Below, piece by piece: positions 1 to 5,753 of a stretch of 27,793 nt of DNA (position 1 is the first letter of the stretch; every line of letters begins with the position of its first letter). Origin of the DNA: a virus (taxonomy: Duplodnaviria; Caudoviricetes); IMG/VR virus record IMGVR_UViG_3300020044_010635, positions 1 to 27,793 of that record; one strand, 5' to 3'. The position numbers and the translations under genes are program-made. Below the pieces are notes generated by a model. That model had not been told where the DNA came from. It saw nothing but the letters and a program-made list of their open reading frames with translations, and searched no databases.

Positions 1-561
1 GTGGTGCATGGGAACGGGAAAGTTAGTTTGCGTGATAATGAATTGTACAAAAAGGGTGACACGATAAATTCAAAAGGCGATGAACCGAGCACGACCAATC
101 AGACAAAACTCAAGGAAATTAAAGATAGGTTGATCAAAGCGGACCAATGTTCAATAAGGTTTCCCATCCCTTTGAACTTCTTATCCCAATGCATCTATTT
201 TAAAATGGAAATTGATAGGTCTGTCCGATGCTTTGGCCCTTTCGGTGAGATAAAAAAAAATGAAGGTTATGGCGAGCCATGCCCGCTTGGACCACATAAA
301 GAATGGACTTTCGCCCTAACAGTTTGGGAAAGAGCATCAGAAGAATTGAACAACTATCGAAATAATTTGGAATCTCGTATTTTATCCGACACCGCCAAGC
401 TAATCAAAGTCATTGAGGTTTATGAAAATGCATTCGAAGAAATGGCGGCAAATTTATGTGATTCTCAAAGCGATGAAAACCCGTGTTCGCAAATGTGGTA
501 TCAAGACTGCATTGATGAAGCCCGCGCAGAAGCAAACCGAATTGCTGGAGGTGAACAATGA
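1..561 (+). CDS. hypothetical phage protein (5' end uncertain, possibly truncated by the window edge)
   Basis: Open frame from position 1; its stop overlaps the next start (ATGA at 558-561). Confidence 0.6.
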   Translation: MVHGNGKVSLRDNELYKKGDTINSKGDEPSTTNQTKLKEIKDRLIKADQCSIRFPIPLNFLSQCIYFKMEIDRSVRCFGPFGEIKKNEGYGEPCPLGPHKEWTFALTVWERASEELNNYRNNLESRILSDTAKLIKVIEVYENAFEEMAANLCDSQSDENPCSQMWYQDCIDEARAEANRIAGGEQ

Positions 562-1031
562 ACAAAGAACAAGCAATTGAATGGCTAAAGGAGTTTATTT
601 TTGAAATTGATTCCCAAGACAATAGAGCCACAGCAAAGCCAATTCAATTTCTATTGCAACAAAAGAAAATCTATGTTGCGCATGATGATTATACTTTTAA
701 TTCCAAGACTGTTTATCATCACCACTGTATGGAAGACGAAAGCTGTGAAACATATAACGATGCGATTGAAAAACTAAAAAACTATGGATACGAAGGCGAC
801 GAGTTGGACAGTGAAATCAAAAATATCGAAAAACTTCAAATCTGCCACTATTGGGAAACGATACAATCATTTTTCACGGAGAAAGGTGTTAAACGACATG
901 TTGAATTAAATGGCCACAATCTTGGCGAATATCGAAGTTATGTTGTCCATTCATTTAGAAACCCGGAAATTAAATGTTTATTCGAGGCTATTAGAGTGAT
1001 GATTGACCTTGAGGACCCTTGCAAAGGATGA
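558..1031 (+). CDS. hypothetical phage early protein
   Basis: GGAGG RBS upstream and ATGA coupling at both ends. Segments such as QDNRATAKPI and YVVHSFRNPE look like conserved phage protein sequence. Confidence 0.8.
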   Translation: MNKEQAIEWLKEFIFEIDSQDNRATAKPIQFLLQQKKIYVAHDDYTFNSKTVYHHHCMEDESCETYNDAIEKLKNYGYEGDELDSEIKNIEKLQICHYWETIQSFFTEKGVKRHVELNGHNLGEYRSYVVHSFRNPEIKCLFEAIRVMIDLEDPCKG

Positions 1032-1246
1032 CAATTTGGGTCGGATATGAAAGACCAAAAGATTTCCCCGGCATAATTCTGGTCGCTCGAAAATGGCAGA
1101 TTGAAAAAGGAAAGTCTTTGCCCACTGAACAAACTTTGATTTTTGAATCAATTGGACAGGCCCATGAATATTTTGAAACAATGGGCCTGGTGTTTGTCGT
1201 GAGATCTGCCTTGGATGATGATTGTATCTTGGGAAGCTGGCTTTGA
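1028..1246 (+). CDS. small hypothetical protein, paralogue 1 of the YxxPxD..ARKW..DD..W family
   Basis: ATG at 1028 overlaps the previous stop. Shares motifs with 2390-2650 and 2918-3169. Confidence 0.8.
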   Translation: MTIWVGYERPKDFPGIILVARKWQIEKGKSLPTEQTLIFESIGQAHEYFETMGLVFVVRSALDDDCILGSWL

Positions 1247-1317
1247 AGTGGCTTGACTTTAACTTCCTTAAAACATAATTTAAAAACAAATTAAAACCAT
1301 TAAAGACAGGGGTAGAC

Positions 1318-2028
1318 ATGAATTGCGGCGCAATTGTGAGCGTTTTCTTTTTATTTTTTTCGATCAATTCTCATGGTGCAGAAATATCATATCGATCGGG
1401 CATAGCACTGGCCAAATCTTTAGAATCGACCTACCGACATAAATATGAAATTGTGGAAGCTGGTGAATTGTTTCTCGCTTCAAAAGATGTCTTTGGCGAC
1501 TCTATTGGGAAAATGGAATGGGCAGTGCTTGAAAAACATTTACTTAATTATTTGAGAATTCATGATGATCCGAAAATTTGGGAGCGTGAAAGACTTTTAG
1601 AATTTGGATATCCATCGCACTTGCCGACAATCAAATCTTTTTTAGCAAGTTCTCACGGAGTTTCATTCCAATCTCTGCCAGAAAAAGATATTGCGCATGA
1701 AGTCAGATCAGCGTTAAACAAAACAGAGGCGACATTCAAAGATTATTGGAAGAAATCCCAAGGCCTAAATAGGCATCAATATAAAAGTTTGATTTTCTGG
1801 GAGCACTATCTCGATATCTTGGCCACAAGATTATCAGCAGACCGAGCGAAGGAATTAGATTTCAAATATCAATTATACAGTGGCACCGAGTGGATGGCTC
1901 GAATTAATGGAACTAAGTATGCCGATGAGTTGGCGGATCGGATGGAAGCCTTGAAAGACTTTGAAAAGAGATATTTTCATTTCGTGAGGCAAACGAGATG
2001 CTCACGACATTTAGGCGACATTCAATGA
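1318..2028 (+). CDS. putative exported protein with N-terminal signal peptide (moron-like)
   Basis: AGGGG RBS; hydrophobic N-terminus AIVSVFFLFFSINSHG-A; preceded by an AT-rich spacer with TTGACT at 1253. Confidence 0.75.
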   Translation: MNCGAIVSVFFLFFSINSHGAEISYRSGIALAKSLESTYRHKYEIVEAGELFLASKDVFGDSIGKMEWAVLEKHLLNYLRIHDDPKIWERERLLEFGYPSHLPTIKSFLASSHGVSFQSLPEKDIAHEVRSALNKTEATFKDYWKKSQGLNRHQYKSLIFWEHYLDILATRLSADRAKELDFKYQLYSGTEWMARINGTKYADELADRMEALKDFEKRYFHFVRQTRCSRHLGDIQ

Positions 2029-2180
2029 TAAAACAAATACTAGCGTGGACTGTGGCAATCCCTTTCATTATAGGTGTTCTTGTCGTGTTAATACCTGCCT
2101 TTTTTGTTGCGTGGGCATTCTGCTGGATTCTTGATACATGCAAAATTCCATGTCCAGGACATGATAAAAAACAAAGTTAG
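2025..2180 (+). CDS. small membrane protein
   Basis: ATGA overlap at 2025-2028; long hydrophobic stretch ILAWTVAIPFIIGVLVVLIPAFFVAWAFCWIL. Confidence 0.65.
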   Translation: MIKQILAWTVAIPFIIGVLVVLIPAFFVAWAFCWILDTCKIPCPGHDKKQS

Positions 2181-2406
2181 GATTATTTTGAAGCCTTTAA
2201 AATTGTTTGCTGCGATGGCAAGAAATGATGATGGAAGCTATCATATTGTAGGGCTTATGCATTCCGATTTAGGCCATTTGCCAGTCGTTAATAGCAAGAG
2301 AGAAGTTGTGGAAACGTGTTTTAAAATGATTGAACAAACTATAAGGGAAAAAACAAAGATTGTAGAATTCACTTCAAATGAGGACTTTGATGTCGAAAAA
2401 GACTGA
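2161..2406 (+). CDS. hypothetical protein
   Basis: ATG at 2161 after AGGA; tiles with neighbouring genes. Confidence 0.65.
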   Translation: MIKNKVRIILKPLKLFAAMARNDDGSYHIVGLMHSDLGHLPVVNSKREVVETCFKMIEQTIREKTKIVEFTSNEDFDVEKD

Positions 2407-2650
2407 TGTCATTCATCCAAAAATTCAAGACGCATCAATTTGGACAATTCACGACAGGCCATTGCAAGACGTCAATGGGGAATTTGTGGCTAGAAAATTA
2501 GTTCTAAGGTGCAATCGATTTATAGCGACAAATGTTTGCCTAAAAAGCCCTCATTTGTCTCTCTTAAGGGAGCATTTTCAGAAAATGGGATTAGGTCGAT
2601 ACGAGAGATTAGAGCAAGACGAGAAAACTATCATTGAGACTTGGATGTGA
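2390..2650 (+). CDS. small hypothetical protein, paralogue 2
   Basis: GAGGA RBS before ATG 2390; IWTIHDRPLQD..FVARKL..MGL..R...DEKTIIETWM. Confidence 0.75.
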   Translation: MSKKTDVIHPKIQDASIWTIHDRPLQDVNGEFVARKLVLRCNRFIATNVCLKSPHLSLLREHFQKMGLGRYERLEQDEKTIIETWM

Positions 2651-2928
2651 GCCGATTGGAGCGAAAATTGGAAGATCTGGAGAATATTAAAAAATTAAAA
2701 AAAGCTATCGAAGAACTAAATGATTTAGAAAAATTGGATTTTGTATTTGCAGTTTTTACAAAGCTAGGCCTTGAATTGCCGAGTGAGTTTCGTAAATCAA
2801 AACCCAAATTATGGGACACAGCTTTTTGCCCTTGTGGTGGGGTTATTTTTGCCGATACGGAAAATTGCACAGTCCCAGTCTGCATCGAATGCGCGATAGA
2901 AATTTCAAAGGCGTATAATGGGAAATGA
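2647..2928 (+). CDS. hypothetical protein with coiled coil and Cys cluster (possible Zn finger)
   Basis: GTGA overlap with the previous stop; CPCGG...CTVPVCIEC. Confidence 0.6.
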   Translation: MSRLERKLEDLENIKKLKKAIEELNDLEKLDFVFAVFTKLGLELPSEFRKSKPKLWDTAFCPCGGVIFADTENCTVPVCIECAIEISKAYNGK

Positions 2929-3169
2929 TCCAATTCTCGAAATGTTTACTCTCTATGAGAAACCTTCGGACTATCCAAATGATTATATAGTTAGAAAATG
3001 GGAAATATTCGCAGGAAAAGACCCGAAGCCTTGTCATATTGTCTCTAAATTCGAAGCGGACGACAGAGCGTCAGCGATTTCCTATGTGAATCGATTGTTC
3101 GAAAATCACAAAGTGCTTTTGCCAAGATCGGAAGCGGATGATGCAATTGTGGTTGGGACTTGGATTTAA
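2918..3169 (+). CDS. small hypothetical protein, paralogue 3
   Basis: FTLYEKPSDYPNDYIVRKW...LPRSEADDAIVVGTWI. Confidence 0.8.
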   Translation: MGNDPILEMFTLYEKPSDYPNDYIVRKWEIFAGKDPKPCHIVSKFEADDRASAISYVNRLFENHKVLLPRSEADDAIVVGTWI

Positions 3170-3171
3170 AA

Positions 3172-3387
3172 CTAAACGAGTTTTTGCTCTATTTTATCAA
3201 TCGATTGCTTGATGATTTCAGTTAGCATTTTGCCCAACTGCCTTTTCGTTTGGCACTGGATCAAATCATACTTTCTCTTGTGATCCTCTGAAATCCAAAA
3301 CGTGACCGGAAGTCTGGTTTCTTTTTTTAGACCATTGTCTGGATTTAAGTCCAATTTGTTCAAAATATTATCGATTGAATCACTCAT
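3172..3387 (-). CDS. ribbon-helix-helix-like transcriptional regulator
   Basis: Alternating strand RLPVTFWIS followed by two amphipathic helices (EDHKRKYDLIQ, LGKMLTEIIKQSIDKI). Fills the gap between + strand genes and has its own promoter. Confidence 0.6.
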   Translation of the reverse strand: MSDSIDNILNKLDLNPDNGLKKETRLPVTFWISEDHKRKYDLIQCQTKRQLGKMLTEIIKQSIDKIEQKLV

Positions 3388-3393
3388 ATTCCA

Positions 3394-3422
3394 ATCATGG
3401 AAATCAAAAATTAAAAAGTCAA
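3394..3422 (-). promoter_or_regulatory. sigma70-like promoter for the RHH gene, probably leaderless
   Basis: Minus strand TTGACT(3422-3417)-N17-CATGAT(3399-3394), then 6 nt, then ATG at 3387; no SD. Confidence 0.55.
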
Positions 3423-3472
3423 ATACAATTAAATTAAAATAAAGTTAAAAGTTGAGTAAAGGTTTTTGATGC

Positions 3473-3496
3473 GTACCCTTGAACAAATAGGGGTAC
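3473..3496 (+). promoter_or_regulatory. inverted repeat covering the RBS of the ParB-like gene
   Basis: GTACCCTT-gaacaaat-AGGGGTAC; the right arm contains the AGGGG SD. Confidence 0.4.
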
Positions 3497-3500
3497 AGCA

Positions 3501-3992
3501 ATGATTGAAGTGAAGTGTCAATTTAAAGAAATGGTCGATCCGACTTCTCTTGTCCCGAATCCTAAGAACCCAAACAAGCATAGCGACAAACAAATAGACC
3601 TTTTAAAAAGGCTTATAGAACATCAAGGTTGGCGTCATCCTATTATCGTTAGCAATAGATCAGGATTCATCTGCGCAGGGCATGGCAGACTGCAGGCCGC
3701 TCTAAAAATGGGCGCTGAACAAGTGCCAGTAGATTATCAAGACTTTGAAAATGAAGCCGAAGAATATCAATTCATGGTCTCTGACAACACAATCCAAGAA
3801 TTGGCAGAACTCGACCTTGCAATGGTCAGTCAAGACGTTTTGGACTTCGGTCCTGATTTTGATCTTGAAATGCTGGCTTTGCCTGATTTTAAAATAGATT
3901 TGAATGGAAAAGACATTGAAATAAAAGAAAAAGAATTAGACGAAAACATAATGACAGATAAGGAATGCCCTAGCTGTGGATATAAATGGTGA
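3501..3992 (+). CDS. ParB/Srx N-terminal domain protein with C-terminal Zn ribbon
   Basis: LVPNPKNPNKH, GWRHPIIV, AGHGRLQAA, SDN motifs; ends CPSCGYKW; no HTH region. Confidence 0.9.
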   Translation: MIEVKCQFKEMVDPTSLVPNPKNPNKHSDKQIDLLKRLIEHQGWRHPIIVSNRSGFICAGHGRLQAALKMGAEQVPVDYQDFENEAEEYQFMVSDNTIQELAELDLAMVSQDVLDFGPDFDLEMLALPDFKIDLNGKDIEIKEKELDENIMTDKECPSCGYKW

Positions 3993-4980
3993 GCCGACAG
4001 TAATTTCGACTTTCTGTGGCACTGGCGGAAGTTCATTAGGTTACAAGTGGGCTGGATTTCACGAGCTTTTAGCAGTCGATTTTGATGATCATGCAGTCGA
4101 GTGTTTCAAGGCAAACTTCCCAGAGGTTCCTGTTTGGCATCGATCAGTTACCGAGATTTCTGGAAAAGAAATCATGGATTTTTGCAAAATCAAGTGGGGG
4201 GAACTAGACGTTTTTGACGGTTCGCCACCGTGCCAAGGATTTTCAACTGCGGGGAAACGACAAGTCAGCGATCCAAGAAATGATCTTTTTATGCATTATT
4301 GTCGGTTGATACATGAGCTAGGTCCTAAAGTGTTCGTAATGGAAAATGTAACTGGCATGGCTAAGGGTACTTTCAAAGGAAAGTTTATTGAGATAATGCA
4401 GACACTTAAAGGAATGAATTATGAGGTCAAATGCAAGCAAATGAACTCTATGTATTATGGAGTTCCGCAATCGAGAGAGAGATTGATTTTTATAGGCGTA
4501 CGGAAGGATTTGAAGAAAATTCCAGTTTATCCTAAAGCTTCGAAAGAAATCATTAGCGTGAGGCATGCGCTTAAGAACGTCCAAAACAAGGATTTTTGTG
4601 AAACAGACTACAAAAAACATAAACGGAAACAATTTGTTCTGTATGACTTGATTCGAAAAATAAAGCCAGGCGAAAACGCAAGTAAATATATCCATGGTGG
4701 TTTTGGTATTATAAGGCTAGACTGGAATAAGCCAAGCCCAACAATTACAAAGACATTCCCTGGTTGTAATGTAAATTTCATTCATCCAATTGAACATAGA
4801 AATATAACTATTCAAGAGGCTTTAGTTTTATCTTCATTTCCTAATGAATGGGTTATGAGTGGGACCTTTCGAGACCAATGGGCACGAATAGGAAACGCAG
4901 TAATGCCTAAATTTATGCAAGCGATCGCCGAAACTATAAAAACAGAAATCCTATGTATTGAAGGCGAAATAAAACAATGA
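3976..4980 (+). CDS. DNA (cytosine-5) methyltransferase
   Basis: Motif I FCGTGG, IV GSPPCQGFS, VI ENV, VIII QSRERL, X IGNAV. Confidence 0.95.
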   Translation: MDINGEPTVISTFCGTGGSSLGYKWAGFHELLAVDFDDHAVECFKANFPEVPVWHRSVTEISGKEIMDFCKIKWGELDVFDGSPPCQGFSTAGKRQVSDPRNDLFMHYCRLIHELGPKVFVMENVTGMAKGTFKGKFIEIMQTLKGMNYEVKCKQMNSMYYGVPQSRERLIFIGVRKDLKKIPVYPKASKEIISVRHALKNVQNKDFCETDYKKHKRKQFVLYDLIRKIKPGENASKYIHGGFGIIRLDWNKPSPTITKTFPGCNVNFIHPIEHRNITIQEALVLSSFPNEWVMSGTFRDQWARIGNAVMPKFMQAIAETIKTEILCIEGEIKQ

Positions 4981-5044
4981 GTAAAACTCGAAAGACAAAA
5001 CAAAAGAAATTATAAATGGCTAGGATAAAAATGAGGCTTGCAAA

Positions 5045-5476
5045 ATGAAAAAACAAAATAAACAGCCAAAGAAAAACGGAAGGCCTCTCAAAGAAATAGA
5101 CATGGAACAACTGGCCGCGTTTTGTCGATTGAAACCGTCAAAGTCTGATTGTGCTGCGTTTTTTAAATGCACCGAGAGGACTATTGATCGGGTTATTGAA
5201 AAGCATACTGGACTAACTTTTGGCGCATTTCGTCAACAAAACCTTGTCCACACTAGATTTGATCTAATTAGAAAAGCAATTCGCAAGGCTGAGCATAGTG
5301 ATACCATGCATATTTTTTGTCTTAAGAATCTTTGTGATTGGAGCGACAAACTTAAAACAGAAAATGAGCATTTAATTGCTCCGATTGAATCTCAAGATGA
5401 TGAAACGCTTGAGGCAAGATTGAAAATATTAGAAGAAAAACGAAATAAAATAAAACAATTAACATCGATGAGTTAA
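5045..5476 (+). CDS. terS: terminase small subunit (HTH type)
   Basis: Basic N-terminus with GRP, HTH-like CAAFFKCTERTIDR, IFCLKN..W.DK motif; lies upstream of terL. Confidence 0.75.
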   Translation: MKKQNKQPKKNGRPLKEIDMEQLAAFCRLKPSKSDCAAFFKCTERTIDRVIEKHTGLTFGAFRQQNLVHTRFDLIRKAIRKAEHSDTMHIFCLKNLCDWSDKLKTENEHLIAPIESQDDETLEARLKILEEKRNKIKQLTSMS

Positions 5477-5480
5477 AAAA

Positions 5481-5750
5481 ATGTGCAGATTTGAATATGT
5501 GAAATACGATGCGAATGCCAAGAAAGATCAGGAAGAGTTTAAGCTCAATGTGGAATCACTTGAAACTAAAATTGATACTATAGGATACAGGCTTGGACGA
5601 GTAGAACACCGAAAGGGACCTGCACGAGCCAAAGCCTTAGCATTGACGGCACTTGAGGAATGTTACATGTGGATCGGCAAAGCCATTCGTGACGATCAAA
5701 TCGCAAGAAATGGTTCAGCTACTTTGCAAGAAGAACGTGAGGATTGCTAG
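5481..5750 (+). CDS. Acb2/Tad1-like helical-hairpin protein (candidate cyclic-nucleotide sponge)
   Basis: RAKALALTALEECYMWIGKAI matches the R..[SA]LA.T.LEE..MW..[KR] hairpin signature. Confidence 0.65.
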   Translation: MCRFEYVKYDANAKKDQEEFKLNVESLETKIDTIGYRLGRVEHRKGPARAKALALTALEECYMWIGKAIRDDQIARNGSATLQEEREDC

Positions 5751-5753
5751 TGA

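Noticed and set aside
978-1367. Other minus-strand and alternative-frame ORFs in the track (e.g. 978-1367, 4318-4695, 18640-18984, 19177-19584, 20155-20601, 25298-25618, 26757-27050)
   Set aside because: They are shadows of well-supported + strand genes with no recognisable motifs, unlike the nested HNH.
3952-3992. Programmed frameshift fusing ParB-N to the methyltransferase
   Set aside because: The MTase frame is closed by TGA at 3952-3954, no slippery site is evident, and each ORF has plausible ends of its own.
3501-3992. Phage-encoded ParABS partition system acting on the parS at 26605
   Set aside because: The ParB-like protein has only the N-terminal domain and no HTH, and there is no parA in the window.
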